Below are positions 50,341-62,823 of a stretch of DNA of 64,000 nt, in pieces. The notes under the pieces are model-generated. The model searched no databases. It saw only the letters and a list, made by a program, of their open reading frames with translations, and had not been told where the DNA came from. The position numbers and the translations under genes were made by a program. The DNA is from Vicugna vicugna (taxonomy: Eukaryota). The number at the start of each line of letters is the position of its first letter. The first letter of the stretch is position 1. The stretch covers positions 434,001-498,000 of the forward strand of contig MU063382.1 of NCBI GenBank assembly GCA_013265495.1. The letters run 5' to 3'.

Positions 50341-50929
50341 TTCTGAAGAATCGTGATAGCAAAATAAAGCAGTGGGCCGACAGCCGTCTGCATTTGTGTT
50401 TTAATTGGCCTACACAGGTTTATATTTTTTTATAAATTAACATGCAGATTGTACACATCAGAAGATTTACGTAATAATCAGGAGTTCTGGCTTTTTGAAA
50501 CTCAGATTACCTGATGACTTTGGGCTCAGATTCCTACCTGGCAACAACTGATTGGTACAGAATAATGTTTGCCCCTTACACGGGTCGTCTTCTCTTTAGT
50601 TTCCCGTGTCCTCTCCTGTCCCACCACCTTCCTTCCTATTCCTGGCCAACCTCACTCATCGTATTGGCTGTCTGGCTCCCTATAGGGAACTATTAGAAAA
50701 GGCATCTGACCTGCAGAAAGCAACAGAACCAAAACAATGTGCAAAAATGTGCAACCGAAGTGACACAGGTAATCTGTGTGATACCTGTGTTATTTAACTC
50801 TAATTTCGGGGTGGACAGAGGCCTTTGAAATTGCAAGACAGAAATTTGGTGCAAAATGCAATCATTAGTAGAAAATGAACCGGGAAACCCATGGTTTCTC
50901 ACTCCTTGTCCAGATTCTTTGAAACTCAC

Positions 50930-51110
50930 TTTGAACTAGGTCAGCCCTTGCTTGACTCCTTGAGTCCATGACTTCTGAGATGTGAGCCCTGGTGGCAATG
51001 ATTTAACCTCTGAGGTCACAGTTTTCATCTTTATGTGATAGAGATAGGAATGTCATCGTGCGGTCGCTATCACAATTAAATGAGGAAATATGTGAAAAAC
51101 TGTGGACTGT
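50930..51110 (+). repeat. MIR
   Basis: tgatttaacctctgaggtcacagttttcatctttatg...caattaaatgaggaaatatgtgaaa. Confidence 0.78.
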
Positions 51111-52974
51111 GCTGTAGATTCTCCGAAAAATGTCAGTTTCTCCCCCCTTCCTGTAGTTTCTCATGAGAGCAGGGGTGACGCCTTCTGCTCGCTTTGTATG
51201 TACACAGAGTACATGCTACAAAAATAATCACTGAGGAAGTGAATGATCCAAAAACCCTATACACCCTACCCCCCAGCAAAGAATGAAAGTCGTTCTTCTC
51301 CCCTCTTCCCCAGTCCAAGACTCCTAAACTGTGACATCTGTTATTTTAATATTCTCTGTAAGTAAGTCCATTTGTTTTACGAGATCTGCCTTGGAAAGAG
51401 ACACAAGGCGAGAACTTAGCTGCCTTCCATCTCTCTCAGAGGTTCCCACCTGTTGCTGGAGAACTCTCTTCCCCGGAAACTGTTACATGTTTCCTTGAAA
51501 CCTCTTTAAACTACGAGAGACCAGATACAACAGTGAGGGAAGCTGAGTCTGCGGGGCTCACCAATGGACAGTTTCAAAAGACAGAGAGAAGGTAGTGAAG
51601 GAGGGAATCCCAACGATTCAATGATTCCAGTGATGGCTGTGAACACCCTGTGTGGCCCAGACCCAGGGCTGGCCCCATAAAGATGACAGAGCTCAGAACA
51701 AAAGCGAGTCAGCCCGACGTTACCTTTAAATCCAGCAGGGGCTCAGACCAGCCTCCAGCAGTGTTCCTGGGCTGCTGGGGATGGTTTCAATGCTCAGAAA
51801 CACGCCTCCAAGGGATTTTCTTGCCTTCCAGCACCTGAAGAGCTCTTGAGAGGACTTTTCTTATTTGGAAATCCAGTTTTTTTCGGTCAGCGCCTTTTGG
51901 GTACAACCCTGGTCTTTGTCTCGTGCAAGTTGCCAGAGCGAAGTGATCTGGGCTTTACATATGGAAAGTTCATTGCGTTGTGTAATTAATGGGAAGCAGA
52001 CTTTGGGAAGCTGATGACCCCGGCCCTTATTTATGTGAGAGCATATGTCTGTGTTTTGTTTATGACTCGCTCTCCTACTCCGCGCACTGTAACTTGGGTT
52101 TGTTTATACTAACTTTTCCTAGAATCCAAGCCACATGGTATATGAGCCAATAATTTATGGCCTCTAAAAGGGAAAGATGATGAATGGGCTTCTTCCTGTT
52201 AAATTGTCAAATCTTAAATTGAGGAAGGAGTATTTGCTGCCTTGAGTCTGTCCAAGCTTATGCTTGAAAAAAAGGAAAAGCAATAACAAAACAAAACAAA
52301 ATGAAAATACCAACAGCAACAAAAAACACCACCACTACACCCCCCCCCAAAAAAACCCAACCGGCTGGTATAGTACTCAGAACTTGAATGTATCGGTAAT
52401 TTGCCAAAAGAGCTTGTGACCGCTCCCTGACAAGATCATTATAATTCTAATCTGAATATTCAGCAGTGAAGAGACCATTCATTCCCCACCCCTCCTCTGT
52501 CTCTGTCTCTGTCTCTCTTGTTTCTGGTGTTACATAATTAATATGCAATATGGTCACGTCTCCCTTTTCTTGGGGACCCACAGTTTTAACCAATTGGTGA
52601 GCTGAGAAATGTCCCAGCCATTTTTCCTGATGGCACCTAATAAGTTCCAAACTTGTTTTCGTCATGGAAACTTCACTTCTCCTATGGAGTGGTTTGGATT
52701 TTGGTCTATCTTTCACAGTATTTCAGTGCTTTTGGTTCTAGCTCAAATACTCCGAACAGTTCATGGTACTCTGGGGAGAGCAGGGAGCAGCTGAACTATG
52801 TGAGAACCTAGTTTAATTTGCAGGGATTTGGATCCCCTTCAATAAATCCTCTTCTGTTTTACACACAGAGTTTACAACATAGATGCTAAGTGTTGGTTTA
52901 GGTCAAGTCACGAAGATTGACTGCATTTCAAGTCAGTCTGCGGAGCTCTTTGCTGGTCCCTGGGAGGAGCGTTG

Positions 52975-53200
52975 GAACTGAGTGCCTAGCACAGTGCCTG
53001 GTGCCAAGTGGGCACAATACTTGTTGTTCCAAGAATGAATAAGAACAGCTAAGATATGGTCCTTGTCCCTTAAGAAAACACAATTTCAGAGAAGAGATAA
53101 ATGCAGATTAATCCCATAACCTTAAGAAAGGATAGGCTATGTGAAGTGTTATCAGAGATTTTGCAAGCAATGTCCATGGGGCCACAAAGATGAATGCAGG
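52975..53200. repeat. Two adjacent L2 3' fragments in opposite orientation
   Basis: gtgcctagcacagtgcctggtgcc (+), then aagatatggtccttgtcccttaagaa (-). Confidence 0.6.
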
Positions 53201-53479
53201 AAAGAGAGTCCTTCTTTTAGGCTTTTAGGAAGAGGACTTGGTTCAACTCAAGTCCAGCAGAAATTGGAAAGCACCGGAACCACACCCAGTATTGTTTTGT
53301 TTTGTTTTTGACTTTTTTATCCCCTCCTGGGGCAGGACCATTGCCTCTGGATAAAGGAAAAATGTAAGACTTTTCTTTCCCACTGCAACATCAGATGCAA
53401 TATCTTTTCTGATGGAAATAATAGAGTTGGGCACGCACCTGTGGGCTATGCAGAGTTATTGTTTCTGTGGGACATCCAT

Positions 53480-54235
53480 CATCTACTAACCAGACACAAA
53501 AATATGCAAAAGTCTAAAGCAATGGGTATAAATTGCTCGCTGGATTTATGAAGAATTCAGGGATACTGTATGGTATAAACTGACTTTTTTTTTTCTTGAA
53601 AACCTTCAATAAAGAGAAAAACAATTGCATGTATTGGAGTCACATGAATCATGTCCAGAAGGAGTTAAAGGGAAAGCTGACATGCGGGTATTCAGATTTT
53701 TTGGAAACGCCCCGAACCTGAGCACTCTCTGAGAAAAACAAAATTAAGATTCCAAACTTTCACAATAGACTAAAACACTGAACTAAAACCAATAGAATTA
53801 AATTTTGCGCATTTAAATAGAAGACTTGCATTTAAGCTCAAAAACCACCTCACAGTCGCCATGTTTGGTGGAGTTTATATGAAAATGTTTAAGGGAGTTA
53901 ATTGAGCTTACATTTATTATGAGCCAACAGTGTGATGTTGCTGCAAAAATTTTTAAGTGCAGGGTTTTCTTTTTGTTGTTTGGGTTTTTTTGGTCTTAAA
54001 TAGCTCTCATTAATAGAAGTGCAGTGCCTTGTGCATTAGTCACTTTGTACTTGGAAAATCAGTTTAATTCTGGGCACCAAAATTTAAGGTAAGATGATTA
54101 AATCTCCAGAGGAGGGTAATCAAAATGGAATATAGTCAGGAATTCATCTCACGTGAGACACAGAGGAAGGAACTAAGGGTGTCTTACCTAAAACAGAGAA
54201 GCCTTGGAGGTGTATAACTATTCTTAAACAATCAT
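53480..54235 (+). mobile_element. CR1/L3 LINE relic (reverse transcriptase 3' region)
   Basis: atgagccaacagtgtgatgt (53919), cattaatagaagt, ttctgggcacca, ccagaggaggg, gaaggaactaaggg match the L3/CR1 consensus. The 5' boundary is vague. Confidence 0.8.
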
Positions 54236-54239
54236 GTTT

Positions 54240-54365
54240 ATTCAGAAGTAAGGATCCTGCCAAGAGATCAAGAAATTTGCCTGAAGTCACAGAACTGAGG
54301 TATGAAAAGTCAAGACTAGAACTTCATTTTCCTAATGTCCTGATCAATGTGTTTTCTATCAGACT
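54240..54365 (-). repeat. MIR
   Basis: aagaaatttgcctgaagtcacagaact...aagactagaact. Confidence 0.6.
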
Positions 54366-55779
54366 GTGCACAAAAGTCTGAGTATTTAAGTAAACAAATG
54401 CAATTACTAAGACCAGGAAGAAATAAAAACATGAGTACCAATCACTTGATATAATTGTTGGAATCCTAGCATGCCCCATGATAAATAAGGATTTCTTTCA
54501 TCCGAGCTGAAGTATTAAAAGTGTGAAAATTTTCATAAGATCATGTTTGTTACATTATTCTTTGTTCTTCCTTGTTTTTCTGGCTTTTTTTTTTTTCAAC
54601 ATTTAGAAGAGAGAAAGAAAACCTCTCCCAATCAAGTATGAACACGCACCTACAATAGCTCGAGTATTATATAAGGCGCGGTATTTATGGTTAAGGATAC
54701 AGCCATGCCGCATTTAAGCAGCAAGAAAAAAAGAAATATAAAGAGCCCTTTGAGAGGGCGCAGCCGCCCCCGCGTGTGACCACCCGGCGTGCTGTGAGAC
54801 TCAGCAGATGTAGCGTCAAACTTTTGGCATTAACTGCGTTTCTAGCCAGCCTCTCATGTTGTCTAGTCAGTCTGCTGGGGCTTGAGCCACATGCAACATA
54901 CAAAAGCCAAAGCTGATTGAAACAGAACGAGGCGAAATGGCTCTTGAATGCCTCGGTTTACGATTGCCACCACTCACAGTTCATTCCTCACCAGGCACTC
55001 TGACCCTAGAAAGTTTCACCCCCAGAGAAACTCCCAGCCTTAAGAGACTCCCATGTGGGTTCATTCTGGGCTGTCCCTACTAATAATGTGCACAGAGCAC
55101 CGTCAGGGCAGCTCTGTCTGCCCCTGTCGCCAGTTTTCCCGTCTCTGAGCTCTGCCCCTCACCCAGCCTTCCCGGGCCTGCCAGGTCCTGGGTGTCTTCC
55201 TTACAGGCTCCCTGAGCAAACGGGCAGTGTTCTCATTCAGCTCAGGCTCCCTTTGGAGACGAGTTACCGCTGCCTGTATCTGCCCAAAGCCACAGGTACT
55301 TTGTCCAAAACCTGGGCTCAGGAAGCGACTGGCGTTATCACCCGATCAGAGAAGTCAAGGATTCTGAAAACCTAGCGACCAGGACCACAGAACCGCCTTA
55401 TCGAGTACAGGAAGTCAGCATCAAATCCCATTCCAGAAGTTACCCACGCAGTTCAATTAAAGATGCTCTTGGGAATATAAAGATGAATGCTACTAGGCTT
55501 TGGTTTCTAGGGGTTTACAATCTGAACGAATCTAGCAGGAAATACTCATCAAGCAGCTACTAAGAAGAAGGAGCTGTGCTCTTTCTTACGAGGGGGACAG
55601 AGGAGGACACGCGTCTGTCTCCAAGAAGCGTTAGTGCTTCTGAGGCCACACACTCCCAAAAAGCTATTCTTCTAGATTAAATACTGAATGACTGAAGTCT
55701 TCAGGAGTCTAGAAAAAGAAAGGAAAACTTTAAAGCAATCTAAATTTTTGATCATGAGATCATATCAGTAACGTAATTT

Positions 55780-56480
55780 TGAACAGTTACCCCTATGTAA
55801 ATTACATATTTAGAATACATACCGTCATCTTTTAAAATATAAACTTTAAAAGGTTGAGATACATCTGAAAAAAAATACTCTTAAAATAAATTTAAATTTC
55901 ATTTAACTCTGTTGTTAATGAAACAAAAATATTTTCACTGTCATCAAATTTTTATACGAATTTTAATGTTATACTGCTTTAGAGTGAGCCAAGTGATTGA
56001 GTTTGAGTACTTTTTGAAAACCCTGGGGGTTTTTTAACACGTGTAATAAAGCAATTTGAAGGTCTGATTCCAAATTAAATTTGTTTCAATATTTGTTAGT
56101 CCATATTATAGGTTAAAAGGATATTTCACATAAATGTAGATCCAAAAGGGGAAAGTACATCATTTTGCTTAACTCATAATACTATCTTTTTGAATCCTAT
56201 ACATCAGTTAAGCAAAGGATTTTGTTGAAATTTTACTAACCAACTTCCTTTATTAACAGTCAGATGATCTTGTATATCAAAAGGCATTGCATTTTTTTAA
56301 TGAGTTCAAATCTCTGAAACCCTTCACTTGGAAGTTAACTCCATTTACAAGATTTTTTAGGTTCAGGGATGCTATAGGTTACAATATATCATTTTCAGCA
56401 ACAAAATTGTCAAACAATGGAAGCACTTCTAATTTCAAAAATGCTGTCTCAATATTACAAGTTTGTTTCTAAGAGCAGTT
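55780..56480 (-). mobile_element. hAT-Charlie transposase C-terminal relic
   Basis: Minus-strand translation around 56150-55990 gives PFGST/LCEISF*...TNKY*NKFNLESDLQIAL (frameshift and stops), matching the hAT dimerisation-domain motif PFxSTYLCExxFS...KYRNRLNxExDLRxAL. Confidence 0.8.
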
Positions 56481-59439
56481 TACTTCCTTGCCCATTTGAC
56501 CCTAAAGGAACATTTAGGGTTTTTGGTTTTTTTTTTTTTTTTAACAACTACTAGGTAACGTTACTGACAGCCCACTGACAGCACAGAGATGGTGAAAACA
56601 TTTAAAACCCTGCTTTCAAAGTACAAGAAAATTGCCATATTCATCTTTGAAAATAACAATTCTTCTATACAGTTTGCTACAAGGTAACCAATAAAACCCT
56701 GTGTGGTATATAACATAGTTCATGGATATTCCTGATCTCATTACAAAATATTTTTATTTTTTGTTACAGTGTTTATTTATTGTTTCAAGGTCTTAATTGT
56801 CTAAAATTAACCATGTGGGCTGACCTGCTGTAGCACTTAGACTACAGGACCTGACAACGCCTGACGGGAATAAACGCATGGGTGGCCCAAAACCCCTTTA
56901 AATGCATGTGGTCTCTTCTTTTCCCAGGAACTTCATGCCCAACTGTGACAGGTGACAGACACATCACCTGATGTGCAGCCCAAATAAGGGCGTCACCTCC
57001 CATTTCTCCATATATTAAGCATCACAATGCTTAACTTCATTCTTATGTTTCAGATAAACTATAAATAATATAAGTGAAAAATATTAGTATGTTTTCCTCA
57101 AGGCCCAGAAGATAGTCTTGCTATGGGGAATGTGCACCCCACTTGAGAGGCTGCTGATTTAAAACGGGATCAGATCTGGAGAGGCAGAGAGGCACCCCCA
57201 CATACCAACACGCAGCCGCACACCTGCCACCCCGCCTTTCCATCAGTCCACTACCCGCCTCACCTCCTACATTCACCTTTCCTGTGGAGAAATGTGAAAT
57301 AGCAAAACAAAGACCAGGGTCCTACAAGCCTATGCAGCTGAGATAGAATGTTCTTCCACAATAAACCCCAAAGAGCAAGCATTTACTGTGCTCTAAACAA
57401 GCTAGTTACCTTTCCAAAGAAACCCCAAATCGTGTTAAGGTGACTTTAAGAATGGCATGGAAGCACCTTTAAATTGTGACAAATCCCCCACATCTGCTAA
57501 CCCTTAATTTTAAATTATGGCTTTCAAATTAGAAAGCAGAGGTCTGCAGCACGTGTGTTGGTGACGGGCAGTGACTCTGATGTGCCCTGCTGGACGCAGA
57601 CCTCACCGGCAGAGGCAACTTGCCATCTTTTTTTCAAACAAGCTTTTAAGACTAGGACACAGAAGGTTGAGTTAAATTCTAAGGAAAAAGGAAGAAAGCT
57701 TGCATGCCAAGGCAAGTTGCTTCATACATCCCATTGGAAAATAAAAAAGCAGCATTAGGGAACAGGAGATCATTACTGAGTTAAGTACAAAAGTCCAAAA
57801 AAAAAAAAAAGGCACAGTTTACATGGGAGAATGGTAAACAACTGAATTCCTTTGAGCTTGTAATTGCCGTCCATGTGCTATATACCAGCTCATGTACTGC
57901 TGTGTGAATAACCCTGGGAAGACAGAGGGAAGACGTGGCCTCTGCCTTCGAAGAATCTTCTGCCACGTGTCAGCATACAAGGCAATTCACACTGCAGCTC
58001 TGTGCCTTGACCAAGGTCCATGCTGCTCCAGCCCTGTCCGTCCTGGAAGGCAGCTCCACTCCAAGCAGCTCAGCAGTCCCCAGCATTTCTCCACCTTCCC
58101 AAAGGGACATGCAAACAGCAAGAAAAATTCTAATTAGTCTAGAGAGAGATTTGCCTCACTCTCTGATCCATCCAAAACTTTTATAAAAATTAGGTTATGT
58201 TTTGCACATTGCCAAAGTTCAGTTTCCAAGCCATCAGCGCCTATTCCTTGGGAACCTTCTCTACATCTAAGCCTTGTTAACCCTTATCTTGCTCCCAGTC
58301 CTTGCCCTACATCTATGAAGTGAGTGTGAAAAAAAAAATCAGTGTTAAGTCCAGTCTTTGATTATCATAAAAGATGGAGCAAAAACAAATGCTGATGAGC
58401 CAATCATCTGATAACGAGAGCAAAGAAAGAAAAATCTAGATCTGGACCAAAACCAACTCAACCATTTGCATGGCCATTTTAAGTACAGAGAAAGGTCTAC
58501 AAGATGATTTGCATTGCAGAGTTACGAAGAAACAAATTCACATTTTGCTTTGGCTACACATAATTATTCTTTGAGACTAACAAAGAACAGGCAAGATACA
58601 GGACAATTATAGGGAGGAGAGAAAATGTGGAATCAATCTTGCTGCAACAGCCCAGAAATTACTGTCTAATAATGAAACAATCTGAAGAGAGAAAAATCTG
58701 TTAACATTTAGAGGGACAGTGAAATCATAAGCAATCAGGAGAATTGTGAATATCAAACCCTGCCAAGTCCAAAGCCCTCCTCTCTGCCACTCTAGGATTT
58801 CAAAATGATTAGATGAAATAAATGTTGTAGAAAGCCAGCTCACATTTGGTAAGGCAATTGATAATGAGTATAGGAAAGAATTATGGCAATCTTTAAATAC
58901 AGAAGTGAAAGAAAATGAATAGCATCGAGTGTAGCTGCTCGACGTGATAGATGAAGAGAGACCCAGAAGGGCTAAGAGGTTCATCCCAGTTCAGCTCTGT
59001 TTCCAGCGGCCCCTCCCCGGACTCCTTCCTGTTCACACACACGGGGTAATAAGCCTGCACTGAAAGTTTGGATAATACATATAGGACAAAATAAAATTCA
59101 GACGTTCAGTAGATGGGAAACTGCCCCCCAAATTATAATGTGGAAAAGAAAAAGGGGTATTAATTCTCAACACCTGATGCCCTCAATGGAGATTGGACCA
59201 TGACATACGCAGCTGGTCACAGCATAAAACCCAAAGCGCTCATTCATTCTCTCCCAATCCCATTCAGCCAGGAGGGTAGCTACCAGCAGGAGTTTTCCAG
59301 GGAGGTGATGCATGTCCCTCCCTTGGGACATTTCTTATCCTTCTAAAATTATTTAGGCGAGATAGAGCCCAAGGGTGTGAAAATCGGATATCCCCCCATC
59401 CTAAGACTCTAAGAAAGATGTCTTATTGCTAATAATCAT

Positions 59440-60262
59440 TTCTATTTTTTTCTTTTCTTTTTTTTTTCTATTTCCTTCTTTCTTTTTTCATTTCTATTTT
59501 TTAACCACGTTCATGGAAATAGCAAGTATATACCAGAGTAGGTAGAATCACATACTAAATCCCTATGTGTCCATCACTCGGCTTCCACAACTCATTGTCC
59601 ATCTTGTGACGGCAGAAATGTAAACCATCTCCACCACTGCAGAAATTTCTGTTAGTACTACTCTAGAGGTTGAATAAAGTCCCATGAGCTAACTGTGGAG
59701 GGAAGAGATGTTGAAATGTCATCCATCCGGTCTGGCTCACATGTCCTGCACTGGAGTCTCTTCAAACCTTTACACCTGGACGTTGAAAATGAAAAAAAAT
59801 TCAGGAGATCTGTGTGCTTTTAAATTTACACAAGTGGTATGCTTACAAATGCTTATTGTTTGTCTTTTTTATTCAAGTCTTTTTTAGGTTTAACCATGTT
59901 GATATATTTATATGTAGTTTATTCCTTTTTCACAGATATGTAATATTCCATTGTTCAAATATATCACAATTGATTCATTATCTTCTTCATTAGCATTTAG
60001 ATTGTTTCAGGTCTTCTGTAGCATACATTGAGTTTCAGGGAGCATCCCTGATCTCTTGTTACACCCAGCAAAGGAGGCCACCTGGCTGTGGGGGTCTCTG
60101 AGGCACTGAGCAGCCCGTCTTCAATTCCAGTGGCTTGCCCATTCACTCTCCAAAATGATTATGGCAGTTCACTCTCCTGCCAGTAGCATGTAAGTGTTCC
60201 TACTTCTTTCACAGGTTTACCAACATTAGGTAGTTTCAGATTTTTAATTTTTACCAATATGG
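59440..60262 (-). mobile_element. Old L1 fragments (L1MB/L1ME-like), with other sequence interspersed at about 59600-59800
   Basis: aatattccattgttcaaatatatcacaatt, gcatttagattgtttcag, ccaacattaggtagtttcagatttttaatttttaccaat. Confidence 0.65.
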
Positions 60263-60289
60263 GTTCACATACATCCCATAAAGTGTAGA

Positions 60290-60500
60290 TTCAATCAGGG
60301 AAAGGAAAGGAAATGGAATTGGGGGGGGCAGTGGGGAGCATTAATTTAGCTGACTCTAATATTTTCTTGCTTAAAGAAAAAAAGCTCATATGACCAACAG
60401 GTAATGTTTATTAGATGTGAAGGGTGGCTGCGATGGAGCTGGCTGGGATAATTTTACTATTGTTTGGAAGGTGTACACTACTCAGAGTTAATTTTTATTT
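60290..60500 (+). mobile_element. Old L1 3'-end fragment (L1ME-like)
   Basis: ctctaatattttcttgcttaaagaaaaaaagctc...atgtttattagatgtgaagggtggctg resembles L1ME 3' termini. Confidence 0.45.
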
Positions 60501-61759
60501 CATAATTATTTTTATATACAAGGGCTGGATAAAAAAAAACTTGGCAGCATATAACAAATTATTGAATATGGGATTATCCACCAGGTTTGGGATTATCTAC
60601 CAGATTCCCTTTTTTGTTTGTTTTTTGGCATTTCAGGCTTAAAAAAAATACTGAGAGAGAAAATCCATTGGCTGTATTTGCCCCAAATGTCCTCCACCTC
60701 ATGGAGTTTTCCAGTCCAGCCTGACTCAGTCAGACGTTGCCAACTAATTGCTCAAAATGATTTACTCTGTACCTGAATGCTGTGTTATGTCCCCCATGGC
60801 ACTTGCTTCTCTCTGGATGACGTAAACTAAAGAGAAGGGAATCTGCCAGGGGAACTGTGACTTGGAATAATGCCAAAAGTTTTGTGGAGTATTTCTGACT
60901 AGTTTTCATATCACGAACTCTGTGGACAAGGTAAATGGCTTGGCTCTGACACAGAGGCCTGCTAACTCTTAGTGTCACTATATTTTCAATGGTTGATTTA
61001 AAAATCCAATGTGAAACTCTTAGAGAAGACTAGGACTGTGGGGCAGCAATGATCAATGTGATTTTTCAGTCCAGAAACAATTCTGAAATGGCTTCCACCT
61101 ACAAGGCACCCCGTAAGGGCCAGAAAGTCCAACAAAAGCTGGTCCCTGCATCCGGAAACGTACAGTCAAGCAAGCTTTTCCTTTTACAACACTCACTCTG
61201 GCTTTGTTCTATTTTGATCTTTCTAACTTATTTTGAAGATTGTTCAGTAGTTGTTGGTTACTCAGTAAGTCTTACAATGACCTTCGGCCAAAAGCAGTGC
61301 CATTCTGGCCTGTCCTCGGAGAACTCAGAGCTTCCCACTCCATGAAGCACGTGGCGTAAACAACTTCAAATAAAACCCTCCAGGAGATGTGTGTCGGGTA
61401 CAGCATGAGGGGAAATAGGGAAAAGCAGGGGAAAGAACCAAGCAGGAGTGCCTAAGAGTAAGTGATACCGAAGTCCATGTCGCAGCATTTTTTTCCTCGT
61501 CTCCCTTGAGATATTTATTCCGCTTCTCTGCTAGTAGTTGGGAAAATATGGGATGACATAGTGAACCACGATGCTAAAATGAAACCCATTTGCTTTCAGG
61601 CCTGTGACGTTTAATAGAGTTGACATCGTCTACGTGGGCTTCTTTGGGGACGAGCATTTAGTGTAAATCACAGCAGCAAAGAATAAGGACACAGTTCTTA
61701 AGTTTACAAGTGGCCAGAGGGAGGAGCCGGTGTGTAGATGGGGCAGCAGAGTGTGAGTC

Positions 61760-61761
<2 letters not shown>

Positions 61762-61797
<36 letters not shown>

Positions 61798-61800
61798 CAC
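61762..61800. repeat. (TG)15 followed by (CG)n
   Basis: (TG)15 at 61762-61791, then cgcgcgcac. Confidence 0.97.
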
Positions 61801-62499
61801 ATGTAGGTACATGTGTGCCTCTGGTGAACACGAGAAACAATGATCTGAAGCAGGAAAGGTCTGCCACGTCTTGAAGCCATTCACACTTTATGGTGCCTGA
61901 ACTTCAAAATGAGGCAGTTCTGAGGGCTATTTAGGGGCGGCAGTACAGGACTTCCTGCGACTAGAAGTTTGGCTCATAAAATAGAGGCGCATCTGGCCAC
62001 CAGGACATGAAGAAAAAAAATGTTCTTTGCAAATAACAGCCCAGTAGCAGGGGCGTAAATGACCCAGAAACACCTGGTTGATATTTCCCTTGAGGCTTCC
62101 AGAAGATGAACTGGTTAAGAAGGACCTGGTGAACTGGACGTCATCAGGTAACTTGGCAAGTCCAGACCACTGGGGGAAAATGCGGAGTGATGGTGTCATC
62201 CCATATAGACTGTCCCTAAAAAGTCCTCCCTCCGTCAGTGGAGGAGGGTTAGGGATAAAAGAGGTTCAGTTCTGCAGTCAAGTTCACCAGGTGAAGGCTT
62301 CTCCTTTTCAAGGTTGACGGCACACATGCATGATCAGACTGCTCCATCCAGAGGGTGGCTTGTTTTACCCATTCGGCATCCTCTTCAGAAAGAGAAAGTC
62401 TAGCCTAATGCTGAATTGAATTAGACCAAACGTCAAAGGGCTGAATGAAAAAATAAAAGCTATAACAGGAAAAAGTCATGGGAGCATTTACATTACGAT

Positions 62500-62665
62500 T
62501 CTGACCTTGACTCCCATGGTCCTACATGGTGTGAGCCTCAGTTTCCAAACTTAAAAATGGGAACAAGGGTGGTTCATGGGATTGATGTGAGGCCTGAAGT
62601 AATGTAAATAGAAATGCTTTGTCCACATCACTTCAAGTGATGTTCGCTTCTGGTTATTTTTCATT
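62500..62665 (+). repeat. MIR
   Basis: gtgagcctcagtttccaaacttaaaaatggg...tcatgggattgatgtgagg. Confidence 0.72.
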
Positions 62666-62823
62666 TTAGTCACAAAGGATAAACAGTGGGTACCGGGTCA
62701 CACTGATGGCATGAACTCTCCGTAGTCTTCCCAGCCGAACAGGACGCCAGCCGTCCCCAGGCTAGGTCCTAGGTCCGAGGCAGTGTGCATCCTGTGATCC
62801 GCTCCTCTCTTCCCTTCCCGCAG

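Larger units (their letters stand above)
40276..62823 (+). other. SETBP1: SETBP1 last intron, 22,548 nt, GT-AG
   Basis: Bounded by GT at 40276 and AG at 62822-62823; the flanking exons join in frame (G|CC = Ala). Confidence 0.92.

Noticed and set aside
56499-56542. Hairpin accctaaa-ggaaca-tttagggt followed by a T-run, resembling an intrinsic terminator
   Set aside because: This is a mammalian Pol II intron; an 8-bp stem next to poly-T is expected by chance.
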